Of a stretch of DNA of 64,000 bases, positions 29,369 to 40,425 are shown piece after piece. Origin of the DNA: Negativicutes bacterium (GTDB taxonomy: Bacteria; Bacillota; Negativicutes; UBA1444); the NCBI GenBank assembly GCA_963665275.2, contig CAXXIN010000007.1, positions 416,001-480,000 on the forward strand. Direction: 5' to 3'. The translations under genes were made by a program, and so were the position numbers. The first letter of the stretch is position 1. Each line of letters begins with the position of its first letter. The notes under the pieces were generated by a model. That model was not told the DNA's origin and did not search any database. It was given only the letters and a program-made list of their open reading frames with translations.

Positions 29369-30767
29369 ATGAATCAGCCAGTCACTACTGAAGAGCTTAA
29401 GCCGCGAATCCTTTATGAAGTCGCCCGCGCTGCCTGGGATGGCACCCTGTCCGAGCGCCGCGAAGAAATTTGCCGGTTGGTATGCGAAGAGTTTGGTGAT
29501 CGAGTCACAAGGCACCGCGTGGCAAACCAGATTCGTGTTGCCATGGGCCTGTCCCCTCATGAACTGCCCAGCGTCGAGGGAGAAAACGACGCCGCTGCTT
29601 TGATGGGTCTGATGGACGGCCCCTTTATCGTCAACGACCCAACGGTCTGCAAACAGTGTCCCGAAGCAGGAACCTGCTGCGGTCCCGACTGCCCCCTGCA
29701 TGCTCTATCAAAACAACCGGACGACGCCGTCAACATTGATCATACAAAATGTCTCGGCGAAGGAAACTGTCTTACCCACTGCTCGTTCGGCGGTCTTACC
29801 GAAAAATCGCAATTTGTTCCGCTTATTGCAATGCTGAGGAATCAGAAGGGGCCGGTGTATGCCTCCGTCGCCCCCGCCTTTACCGGCCAATTCGGTCCGG
29901 ACGTCACGCCAGGAAAACTCCGTTCGGCTTTGCTGCAGCTAGGATTCGCAGAAATGGTGGAAACAGCCCTTTATGCTGATCTCATCACCTTGAAGGAAGC
30001 TTTCGAATTTGACGAGCACGTCCGCGAGGTCGGCGACTTTCTGATCACCAGTTGCTGTTGCCCGGTATGGATCAAGTTGATTGAAGGACGTTACACTGAT
30101 CTGGCATCCCACATTTCCCCCTCTGTCTCGCCGATGATTGCTTCAGGGCGCATCTTGAAAGCAATTGAGCCTGATGCCAAGGTGGTCTTCATCGGACCCT
30201 GCATCGCCAAAAAAACAGAGGCGACGCTGCCAGACGTGGCCGGTGCCATCGATTTTGTGCTGACTTTTCAGGAACTATCTGCGATTTTTCAGGCCACAGG
30301 CGTTGATCCTGCCACCTTGCCGGATGAAGAGAATCCCATTGCCTCCCGCGCCGGGCGCATCTACGCCCGAACCGGTGGTGTCAGCGAGGCCGTGAGCGAT
30401 ACCCTCACCCGAATACTTCCCGGTCGGGTGGGCGATCTGCAGGCCCTGAAAGTTCATAGGGATCCCCAACTGCCAAAAAGTGCTGGAACAGGCAGCGGGC
30501 GGCGCTCTTGACGCCAACTTCATCGAAGGAATGGCCTGCGTCGGCGGCTGTGTGGGAGGCCCTGGAAGGATTGTCTCTGTCGACATTGCCACGCCGGAAG
30601 TCAATGCCTATGGAGCTGCCGCCAGCGCGACCACACCGGTGGAAAACCCACAAGTATACCAAATTCTTACTCGTTTGGGCCTTGAAATGTCTGCCGCTGT
30701 TACTTCGAAGGAGAGTCCTGTCGCCACGCTGTTATCCCGTCATCTCCACCAACCCGCTGCAAAGTAG
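29369..30767 (+). CDS. Monomeric [FeFe]-hydrogenase, group B-like (frameshift near 30458)
   Basis: H-cluster motifs TSCCCPVW, GPCIAKKTE and EGMACVGGCVGG (last one in ORF 30480..30767); N-terminal ferredoxin-like Cys motifs. Confidence 0.85.
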
Positions 30768-30807
30768 GGGCCCCAATGACAAACGGTAAAGGGAGACAAA
30801 ATAACGA

Positions 30808-32108
30808 ATGAGAAAGATAGGCGTTGTTGGGCCGGAACAATCGGTGGGACGAATTCTGGAAGTCGCGAAGACCATCGATATCAACATTGAGCTCGTTCCT
30901 TTCCCGTATACCGATGCTCATGAAACCGTAGACATCATGAAGATAAAATTTTCATAAAGTGAAGGGCTGGTTATTTTCCGGATCCCTTCCATACATGTTG
31001 GCCAAAGAAGCTTTCGGCACGGATGAAAATTTTGCGTATTGCGCATTCGATGGAACGGGGCCTGTATAAATGTTTCCTACAAGTGGCCTATTCGCAGAAG
31101 AAAATTCTGGAACGAATCTCCATCGACATCCCGGAAATGGAGAACCTGGCGCAGGCAATCCAGGAACTGGACATCCCGAACTGCGAAATCTACGTGAATC
31201 GTTACGGCACACAATTCGACACCCACGCAATCATCCAGTTCCATCGCGACTTATGGAACGATGGAAAAACCGATGCAGCAATCACCAGCCTCGGCGCCGC
31301 CTACGTAACATTGAAGAAGGAAGGAGCGGTTCCGGTTTACCACAACACAGTTACCGGTTCTTCAATACGAGATGCCATAAAGGTGATAACCGAAAAAACC
31401 ACTGCCTCGTTTTTTCGGAGTACGCAGGTTGGGCTGGAAGTCATAGAAATCGAAAAGTTTGACGAAGTTACAGAAAAACTTTCATCCTCTTATAACATTA
31501 AACGCCTGGAACTTAACATTTCAAAAGAGCTGATCACTCTTTCGGAAAAATTGAATGGCTGCCTCTTGGAACGTGGACGCGGCCGTTATGAAATCTCCAG
31601 CTCGCGGGGAGCCATTGACAGAGAGATGGGGTTACTAAAAGACGTTGTCAGGCAACTGTCACTGGAATTGCATGTCCCTGTCGCAGTCGGGATTGGATTC
31701 GGCGAATCTGTGTCCTCAGCTGAAATGAACGCCCGCAGAGCCCTCTTGCACGCGAAAAAACGCAAGAAAGAAAAATTGGTGATCATTCAGGAAGATGGCG
31801 TTCTGGTAGAATCAGTCGGTCAGCCAGAGGAATTAACTTATGCATACTATTCGAATGATCAGGAATTACTGGATAAACTCCATGAAGCGGACGTTGGCAT
31901 AAAAAACTTCAAAAGAATCGAAGCCACCATTCGCCGGATGGGCTGGAACACATTCACCTCATCGCAGGTCGCAGAGGAACTTGCCGTGACGGAACGTAAT
32001 GTTCGGCGTTTGTTTGCAGGTCTAACCAAAGTGGAACTAATTGAATGTATCGGCGAAGAGTTTTCGACCACCCGGGGCCGCCCAAGCCGTTTGTACCGAC
32101 TCCGCTAA
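30808..32108 (+). CDS. Putative transcriptional regulator with GGDEF-like middle and C-terminal winged HTH (frameshifted 5' part)
   Basis: ATG 30808 MRKIGVVGPEQSV..., then WLFSGSLPY in another frame, then ORF 31023..32108 with VGIGFG, AEELAVTERNVRR and RGRPSRLY. Confidence 0.7.
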
Positions 32109-32134
32109 AAACTGCCACTACCGCTCACTCACCT

Positions 32135-32175
32135 ACTGTCCCTCCTGTTTGATCGCAACCAGGAGGGACAGTTTT
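32135..32175 (+). terminator. Intrinsic terminator
   Basis: ACTGTCCCTCCTG-N12-CAGGAGGGACAGT followed by a T-rich tract. Confidence 0.8.
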
Positions 32176-32220
32176 CTTTTATCAAAAAAGGGATTGAAAA
32201 AATTTAAATCGCGATGTACA

Positions 32221-32252
32221 ATTAAGGAAAATTACCGTTATTGTTCCTTAAT
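32221..32252. promoter_or_regulatory. Candidate operator palindrome
   Basis: ATTAAGGAA-N14-TTCCTTAAT about 100 nt upstream of the carboxyltransferase gene. Confidence 0.45.
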
Positions 32253-32356
32253 CAAAATATATTATCAACGTGGAAATAATGAATGTAAGAAAGGAGGCGG
32301 CTCCGGCTTAAAAGCGTTGAATCCCACCCCCTATTGAATTGACGAGGAGGATTATT

Positions 32357-33706
32357 ATGAGCAACAAACCCGTTAAAATAATGGAAACGGTTCTCCGGGA
32401 CGGACATCAGTCACTTGCCGCCACACGGATGCGAACTTCAGATATGATAGAAATGCTGGAAAAACTTGATGACGTCGGTTACTTTTCTTTGGAGGCCTGG
32501 GGCGGAGCAACTTTTGACAGCACCCTGCGCTTCTTGAATGAAGATCCCTGGGAACGACTCCGAATTATCAAAAAGCACCTCAAAAAAACCCCCATCCAGA
32601 TGCTCCTGCGAGGACAAAACATTCTCGGCTACAACCATTACGCCGATGATGTCGTTACAGAGTTTGTCAAGCGCGCCGTATCCAACGGGGTAGGAATCGT
32701 CCGTATTTTCGACGCGCTCAATGACGTTCGCAACCTCGAAGTTTCGATGAGGGTCGCCAAAGAAACTGGCGCGCACGTTCAGGGAGCCTTCGTTTACACC
32801 ATCAGCCCCTTCCACACCAGCGAAACCTTTGTGAAGGTTGCCAAAGACCTGGTATCGATGGGCGCAGACTCCATCTGTATCAAGGATATGGCAGGACTGC
32901 TTTCGCCGTATGTCGCCTACGATCTGGTCAAGGCGCTGAAAGCAGCGATCAGCGTTCCTATTGACATTCATTCGCATTATACCAGCGGCATGGCCGGTAT
33001 GACCTATTTGAAGGCCATTGAAGCTGGCGTCGACATCATCGACTGCGCTCTCTCTCCATTCGCCATGGGAACTTCCCAACCGGCAACAGAAGCGATGGTA
33101 GCCGCTCTGGAAAACACAGAGTATGATACCGGGATCTCGAAAGAACAGCTTTACCCCATTGCCGATCACTTCCGCATCGTCAAGAAAAATGTCGCCGAAG
33201 CTTTCAAGCTCAACACTGCCATCGACATCGACACCAAGGTGTTGTCCTTCCAGATTCCTGGCGGCATGCTGTCCAACTTCCTGAACCAACTCAAGGAACA
33301 GGGGATGGAAGACAAGTATCAGGAAATGCTCACTGAGATGCCGAAAGTACGTGCTGATCTCGGATACCCTCCGCTTGTCACTCCAACAAGCCAAATCACC
33401 GGCTCCATGGCCGCATTCAATGTCATGTTCGGTCGTTATAAGGTTGTTCCCCGTGAAGTCAAGGACCTTGCCCGTGGCAAGTATGGTCGGACGCCGGCGC
33501 CTATCAATCCCGAGGTTGCCGATCTGATTCTCCAGGGAGAAACGCTCATCACCCACCGACCGGCTGATGATATCGCGCCGCAAATGGAAATGCTGACCAA
33601 AGAATTGGCCGAAAAGGGCTATCCCAATGCTTCGGTGGAAGATGTTCTGAGTTATGCGTTATTCCCGGATGTCGCTTTGAAATTCTTTGAAACCAACCGG
33701 AAATAA
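32357..33706 (+). CDS. Pyruvate/oxaloacetate carboxyltransferase (OadA/PycB/transcarboxylase 5S-like), no biotinyl domain
   Basis: LRDGHQSL, EAWGGATFD, CIKDMAG, HSH, PGGM, GYPPLVTPTSQI. SD GAGGAGG precedes ATG 32357. Confidence 0.9.
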   Translation: MSNKPVKIMETVLRDGHQSLAATRMRTSDMIEMLEKLDDVGYFSLEAWGGATFDSTLRFLNEDPWERLRIIKKHLKKTPIQMLLRGQNILGYNHYADDVVTEFVKRAVSNGVGIVRIFDALNDVRNLEVSMRVAKETGAHVQGAFVYTISPFHTSETFVKVAKDLVSMGADSICIKDMAGLLSPYVAYDLVKALKAAISVPIDIHSHYTSGMAGMTYLKAIEAGVDIIDCALSPFAMGTSQPATEAMVAALENTEYDTGISKEQLYPIADHFRIVKKNVAEAFKLNTAIDIDTKVLSFQIPGGMLSNFLNQLKEQGMEDKYQEMLTEMPKVRADLGYPPLVTPTSQITGSMAAFNVMFGRYKVVPREVKDLARGKYGRTPAPINPEVADLILQGETLITHRPADDIAPQMEMLTKELAEKGYPNASVEDVLSYALFPDVALKFFETNRK

Positions 33707-33765
33707 AAAATATCGGTGACATTGGTAGAAACAGATAAGAAACTTGATGTCCATAGTAGTAAAAG

Positions 33766-33790
33766 GGAGCGTAACCAGTGGTTACGCTCC
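33766..33790. terminator. Bidirectional terminator
   Basis: GGAGCGTAACCA-G-TGGTTACGCTCC between convergent genes. Confidence 0.8.
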
Positions 33791-33819
33791 TGCTTTGTTT
33801 TTTCCAGGTATGAAGTCCA

Positions 33820-35830
33820 CTATTCAGCCCGGACATCCACTTTCACATCGTAGAACGTGCTGCCATGAGCCCGATCTGTCATCCGCTGCGAAGTAAGGGC
33901 GTTAATCGTTCTTTTTCCTGGCGCATCTCTCAGCCAGGATACACCGTCAGCTACCAGCACTCCTAAAGGAACACTATCGGTGAGTTTGAGAATGAAAGTG
34001 ACATCCCCGTTTTCGTTCCCTACGACAACACGCTGCCCCGCCACCAGATTCATCTTTTCGGCGTCTTGCGGGTTCATGCCGATGGACATCGGCCCTTTTT
34101 TCGCCACCAGGTCTGGTCGTTCATTGAACGAGGAATTCAAAGTATATAGGCTCGGAGCAGTAACCAGATTGAACGAACCGTTGCCACCATAAGGTGAAAA
34201 CCAATCCGGCAGAGGCGCCGACTCGCGGGGATTTACAATTTCGATTTTTCCCGACGGAGTTCGGAACTGCATCTTGTAATTTTCCGGCAGCGGCAGCACC
34301 ATTGGTTCTCCGGCCTTTACTTTTTCCATATCGACCCCGGACAGCCAACTTCCAGGATTGGCAAACAGGGCTTCCAGCAGTTCTTCGCCCGTTTGTTTGA
34401 AGAAGGGATCTTCAATACCCATCGCATCCGCCAACAAACGAAATACCTCCCAGTTCGGCTTCGCTTCTCCCACCGGCGGGATGCAAGCGTCCGCCCTCTG
34501 GAATCCATAGTGTCCATAGGATCTGTATACGTCGACGTGTTCCGCCGAAGAAGTCGCAGGCAAAATGATATCGGCATACAGCGCTGTATCCGTCATAAAC
34601 CGCTCGTGAACGACAGTGAATAGATCTTCCCTAGACAACCCCTGGATAATCCTGTTTTGATCCGGATAAACAGCCGCCGGATTCGAATTATACACATAAA
34701 GGCTCTTGATAGGAGGGTCGCTCTGTTGGTTGAGCGCATCCCCCAATTGGTTGATACTTACCATGCGTGTTGGCTTGGTCATGAACTCTTCGCGGGTGAT
34801 GATTCCCGTATTGAATGCGCTACCTGTGGAAATATCCCCCACAGTTCCACCACCGGGTTTGGCCATGGCGCCCACGAGGGCTGGCAGGCAAGTAATCAGC
34901 CGGGCCGTCATCGCCCCGTTGCCATAGCGGTAGAGGCCACTGCCTTGTCGAATGAACGGCGCCCTGGCTTTCCCATAGAGCATGGGCCAATTCAGTCAAT
35001 ACCTCAACTGAGACGCCAGTGATCGCCGCAACCTTTCCCGGGGTGTAGCGGGGCAGTACCTCTGCCTCCAATTGCTCGAAGCCCTGCACCTGTGTTTGCA
35101 GAAATTGTCTGTCGACCAGCCCGTCACGAACCAATAAATGCATCACTCCAAGCGCCAGCGCACCGTCGGTCCCCGGTTTGACCAGCACCAAACGGTCTGC
35201 TGTCGTCGCAGCTGTTTCGGTCTTGTGAGTTTCAATGACCCAGACTTGCGCGCCCTGTTTCTTTGCTTCTCGCACGGGGTGGAGAAAATGAATATTCGTC
35301 GCCAGTGTGTGCGCACCCCAGATGATGATCATATCGCTTAGCGCCGCTTCATCCGGAGTGGCCTGTAGTGTTGCGCCCATGACCGCTTCCCAGCCATATC
35401 CTTTGGCTGCGGAGCAAAGAGTCCTTTCCATGCGGGATGCGCCAAGTTTATAAAACAAGGCATGGCCGGCATTGCGCTGAAGCAACCCCATCGTTCCGGC
35501 ATAAGAGGCCGGCAGAATCGATTCTCCGCCATATTCGCTGATCTGCTGTCGCCAGCGGTCGGCGATGCGGCTCACTGCATCATCCCAGGAAATTTCGCGG
35601 AACTCTCCCGTGCCTTTGGCCCCGACCCGCAGTAACGGGGTAGTCAGCCGCATGGGCGAATGAATGCTTCGTTCGTAATGCACCATTTTAGGGCACAGGA
35701 CTCCCCGCGTGTACGGATGGGCGGGATCACCACGAACGCCGCTCACCTGATCCCCGGTGACCTCAATCAGCAAGCCGCAGGCATCCGGGCAATCAAAGGG
35801 GCAGACGGAGCGTTTCACTGTCGTGTTCAT
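33820..35830 (-). CDS. Mo/W-bisPGD oxidoreductase, DMSO-reductase superfamily, uncharacterised YoaE-like type (frameshift near 34975)
   Basis: CPFDCPDAC...LCPK, ISWDDA, YAGTMG, PGTDGALALG, TDTALYADIILPAT; ORFs 34820..35830 and 33820..34983. Confidence 0.85.
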
Positions 35831-35869
35831 GTTACCCTCACCATTCCTGTCGTAAAATCGCTGACTGTG

Positions 35870-37274
35870 CTATTCTACCGTGAATATTTTGCCGGGATTT
35901 AGGATCAGATTCGGGTCAAGCGCTTTTTTTATCGCCCGCATCATATCCAGCTCATCAGGATTCGTGTATTCCTCCATCAAATGCCGTCTCTTGTAACCAA
36001 TTCCATGTTCACCGGAAAGTTTGCCGCCCAATTTATAAACCAGCGTGTATATTTCTTTCTGAAATGCCTTCAATGTACTATCCCATACATCGTCAGCAAG
36101 CTGCCCTTTCAGCACATGGAAATGGACGTTGCCGTCACCGGCATGGCTGGCGATGCGAGCCGCCAGACCGTATTTTTCGCTAATTCGAGCTGCTTCATGC
36201 ATCAGGTTGGCAATTTGGTTGACCGGCACCACCATGTCTTCTTTCGACTGGATTAGACTCTCTTCGCGCGCCGCTTCCAGGAAAGATTTTCGCGCGTGCC
36301 AGATTTTGGCCGGGTCGGCTACCAGCACTTCCAGCGCGCCGTTGGCCATACAGAGTTCATCCAAGAGAACGCTCTTGTCTTCGAGATCTTCGTCGTTCTG
36401 TCCCTCCACCTGAATGATGATATAGTTTCCCACATCACTGTGCGGCTGTTTCGCCTTCAGGAAGTGCTCGACGCTTTTGACTGTCGCATTGTCCATAAAT
36501 TCCACGCAAGTCGGCGTGATGCCTGCCTTGATGACTTTCGTCACGATCTCGATCGCCTGATCAACCGTTGGGAAAATGGCCAGGAGGTCGATGACATTAT
36601 GCGGCATCGGCTTGAGCCGCAAGGTAATCTCCGTGATGATCCCGAGGGTCCCCTCGGCGCCCATCACCAGATGATCCAACGAATATCCGGTAGTCGATTT
36701 TTCCAGGCGACCTCCGAGCTGCAGAACTTTCCCGAGAGGTGTCACAACTTCGAATCCGTACACTTGATTCCGGGTCGTACCGTATTTGATCGCCCGGTTG
36801 CCACCGGCATTAGTCGCCACATTCCCGCCGATAACGCAGCTGTCGCCGCTGCAGGGATCTCCTGCATAGAAGAGGCCCTTTTCCTTAGCCGCCTTTTGCA
36901 CGTCATCCGTTCGCACCCCCGGCTGCACCACCATATACATGGCTTCCTCATTGATTTCCAGCACCTGATTCATGCGTTCGGTGCTGATGACAATTCCGCC
37001 GAAAAGGGGAACCGCAGCAGCCGCCAACCCAGTTCCGCCACCACGCGCCACTACCGGCAACAGTTCCCGGTTCGCCAACTTCATGACCTCCGCGATCTGT
37101 TGGGGCATTATCCGGGAAAACCACGGCCTCCGGCATATGCTGGTAGCGGGGATCGGTTTCTTCATCATGGGAGTAGGTTGCCATTTTTTCCGGATCCACC
37201 GTCACGTTTTTCGCGCCAACAATGCTTTCCAGTTCCGTGATCAGAGCTGTCGTCAGTAGATTGTATTTTGTCAC
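35870..37274 (-). CDS. FAD-linked 2-hydroxyacid oxidoreductase (GlcD/LctD-like; frameshift near 37110)
   Basis: RGGGTGL, GGNVATNAGG, GAEGTLG, HAGDGNVH, SGEHGIG, LNPGKI. The N-terminus VTKYNLL...YSHDE lies in ORF 36948..37373. Confidence 0.88.
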
Positions 37275-37356
37275 ACTAATTCCCCCTTTGGTCTCTATCT
37301 TCTTGTCGTCACGCACGAGCCGATCCCAAGACCGACTGCGGGTGTATCTCACGAGA

Positions 37357-39003
37357 CTATCCGATAAACTCACGCAAAATAGAAGTCAACGGCACCTGTT
37401 CGTCAGGCGCTTGGCGGAAATGCCGCAAAAACCCTGTCAATCGCCGAGCTTCCAGATACTCTGGAAATTCTGGCGTGATTTTGGCCAGCAGCGGTTCCGC
37501 ATACTTTCGCAAAACAGATACCTCATAGATCAAGGCCGAATTGAACATCACATCCGCCTGCTCCTGAAACGGAAAGATGTTGACTTCCTCGCCGCTGCGC
37601 ACAGAAGGCCACATTTTCAACGTCGTTAGCGCATCATGGCTGCGGAACTGATTGTCACGGACGATTCGGCGAATCAGCCGGGTATCGGTAGTGGGAATCC
37701 GGTTGTGGTTATCAATCGCCAGCTGCGTCAAAGCGCTGATATAGATCGACAGTTTGTGATCGCGGCTCACGGAAGCCGTTAACTGGGGATTCAGTCCATG
37801 GATTCCCTCCACCAGCAAGACATGATTCGGCCCAACCTGCAGTTTTTTCCCGTGGTATTCCCGGCGGCCGGTTTTAAAATTGTAGTGGGGCGGTTCAACA
37901 GCCTCCCCTGCCAGCAATTCTGACTAGATGGTTGTTAAACAAAGGCAGATCCAGAGCCTGAATCGACTCAAAATCGTAGTCGCCGTTCTCAGTTTTCGGC
38001 GACTGTTCCCGTTCCAAAAAATAATCATCCAGAGAAATGGGCACGGGCCTGATTCCATGAACCCGCAATTGAACTCCCAAGCGCTGCGAAAATGTTGTTT
38101 TGCCGGAAGAAGACGGACCGGCAATCAGGACGATTTTAACCGTCCTTACGCTGTTGGTCCACCATGTCGGCGATTGCGGCCACTTTTTTTTCATGCAGCG
38201 CTTCAGCTACCCGCAAAATTTCCAAAAAACCACCCGCGGACAGTTCTTCATTCAGTTGAGCTACCGTGGGACACCCCAGAAGCTCTCCCCATTGCTCCGC
38301 CTCCAAAAAAACTTGTGCTAATTTGGGGTTATCGACAAATCTGGGCACGGAACTCGGATTTTTTTTATCGGGAAATCTCAAAACGAATCCCGGCGCATAA
38401 TACTTCAGCCTAAAGTGTTTCAAATAGCCGGTTTCAGGAACCATCGGTCCGTAAAAATAATCCATAACTCCATCACAAGTGTACAAGCTGACGGTATCTC
38501 TTTCGATCTGGCGCAGCAAACACACCTTTTCAGGATTGCCAGCCTTTGCAAATTTTTCAATTGCCTCGCTGAGCGGTTGATTGTGTCGCACTATCGATAA
38601 ATTCTCCGCAATTACAACAGACATCTCTTGCTGCAGTAATTTCACGTCCATCTCTGTCACGCTGCGTCCCAGCAACCACTCGAAATAAACGCCGTTACCC
38701 AGAGAATGTTCGACCACGATATCCTTGCCGGGAAACAGGCGCTGCGCCGCCCACGATCAAAACAAAGGTCAGGCTTCGTTCATAAACCTTTATCCCCTGC
38801 CCCGAAGTCAGATCAAAAAAATCCACTTCGGCATCGGTGTGCTGACTTGCCTGCAAATCCGTCAGGGCGTTATTTACCCGTGCCGCCACGATCCGAGATC
38901 GAAAGTGAGTCTGCCGTTCACGGGCCATCGCCAATAGAGTCGTGCCTACTGCATATGTTTTTGTCGATCCGTCGGCGAAACGGACCCGGATTTCCCCGTT
39001 CAT
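37357..39003 (-). CDS. Nucleoside (uridine) kinase with ThrRS-like N-terminal domains (several frameshifts)
   Basis: Four consecutive fragments: TGS-like domain, DYFYGPMVP, IAGPSSSGKTTF/ISLDDYF, EGIHGLN...RRIVRD. Confidence 0.85.
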
Positions 39004-39039
39004 GATTTCGTCTCCTCTTTCAACCGATAGTAACTAAGA

Positions 39040-39065
39040 AGGACGGACCGCAAGCGATCCGTCCT
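39040..39065 (-). terminator. Hairpin downstream of the aminotransferase
   Basis: AGGACGGA-N10-TCCGTCCT inverted repeat. Confidence 0.55.
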
Positions 39066-39086
39066 CCGCTTCAAAGACGCAGCTTT

Positions 39087-40331
39087 TTATTTTACTGCAT
39101 CCATGGCTGCTTTAAATTTAGCGGCCATGCCTTTGATTTTCTCGGTTGGAACGGCGCACACCGCGATCCGAATCCCTTTGCCGAGCGCAACGGCAAAGAT
39201 GTTTTCCGCATTCAGTTTTTCTACAACCGCATCAGGACTATTCGTTGGAACCGACAGGAAATACCCGGCGCTGTACGGCAGCATTGTTAGATTGGCGGCA
39301 GCCGCTTCCTTAGTGAAAATATCCGCCCGCCGTTTGATCAGCTGGTAATAACCTGCGCGTTCCTTTTCCACTTGCGCATAGAGCTCCTTGTCGGCGTAGA
39401 TCATTGCCATCATACGCATCACGCCACGGTTGATATTGGACCAGGTGGCCCGGTTGCTGTACTGGTTGATGTCCTCGAATTCCTTGGCCACATCGGCATC
39501 GGAGGTCACACCGATCATGGCGCCGACACGCTGTCCATACATTGTATAAGATTTGGACATACTGAAGCCCACAATGAACAACAGATTGGCCGGCATCTTG
39601 CCCAGCTTGGAAAAGAACTTTCGGCAGGCATTCCGTTCACCTGAAAAATCAAGATACGCAATGTCGATCACGACCGTGATTTTCTTTGCAGGGTTTTGGG
39701 CCGCAGTTTTCAGAATATCGATGATCCCGTCCCATTCGGCATCCGTCACAGTGTAACCTGTGGGGTTGTGGGCCGGAGTATTCAGAATGACAAGCAGGTT
39801 GTTCTGTTTTTCCAGCAGTGCCTTGATTTTGGATTCGAACGACGGCGCATTGAACTGCATTTTTTCATTGAACAGCGAAAACGTGTCAAGTTTGCGCAGT
39901 ACTTCCTCGCAGAGGACTTTGTAAGGTCCCCAGTACCAGTCCGTAGTCAGTACGGTGTCGTGAAGCTCAGTATAGTTCCAGATGGCATGGTGCAACACAC
40001 CAGATCCGCCGGAAGTGGCGACAGCTTTAGTGAAAGCATCCGGTCGGCTGTCCCCGAAAACATGGTTCATCGCTGCATTCAGAAAATCAGGTAAACCAGC
40101 GATCGGAGCATAATTAATGACTTCAGTAATCGGAACGCTGCGATAGACTTGCTCCACCGTAGGCAGACAAACCAATTGCTCGTTATCATCGAGCAGCGCG
40201 CCGATTGTGGCGTTGGTCACCTTATCCTTGCCAAATTGAGCTACGGCTTTGACCGCCAAAGCATTGGCCCCGAAAATTTTATCGGTGGCTACTTTTCCTA
40301 TCGAGTGAGACGCTGCAACTGTGTTACCCAT
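39087..40331 (-). CDS. PLP-dependent aminotransferase class I/II (aspartate aminotransferase-like)
   Basis: NATIG, HNPTG, DIAY, SMSKSYTMYGQRVG. Confidence 0.9.
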   Translation of the reverse strand: MGNTVAASHSIGKVATDKIFGANALAVKAVAQFGKDKVTNATIGALLDDNEQLVCLPTVEQVYRSVPITEVINYAPIAGLPDFLNAAMNHVFGDSRPDAFTKAVATSGGSGVLHHAIWNYTELHDTVLTTDWYWGPYKVLCEEVLRKLDTFSLFNEKMQFNAPSFESKIKALLEKQNNLLVILNTPAHNPTGYTVTDAEWDGIIDILKTAAQNPAKKITVVIDIAYLDFSGERNACRKFFSKLGKMPANLLFIVGFSMSKSYTMYGQRVGAMIGVTSDADVAKEFEDINQYSNRATWSNINRGVMRMMAMIYADKELYAQVEKERAGYYQLIKRRADIFTKEAAAANLTMLPYSAGYFLSVPTNSPDAVVEKLNAENIFAVALGKGIRIAVCAVPTEKIKGMAAKFKAAMDAVK

Positions 40332-40425
40332 TATGAATTCCTCCTATCGCTTTCTAAAGTTACTCTTTGATTGTGTTCATTGTATTATATTAGTACGCTT
40401 CATTTCCACCCCTTGGCGAAAATGG

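Noticed and set aside
32438-33583. 381-aa antisense ORF (likewise 44969..45844, 36296..37240, 11935..12678)
   Set aside because: Shadow ORFs opposite well-conserved genes, explained by codon bias; no recognisable motifs.
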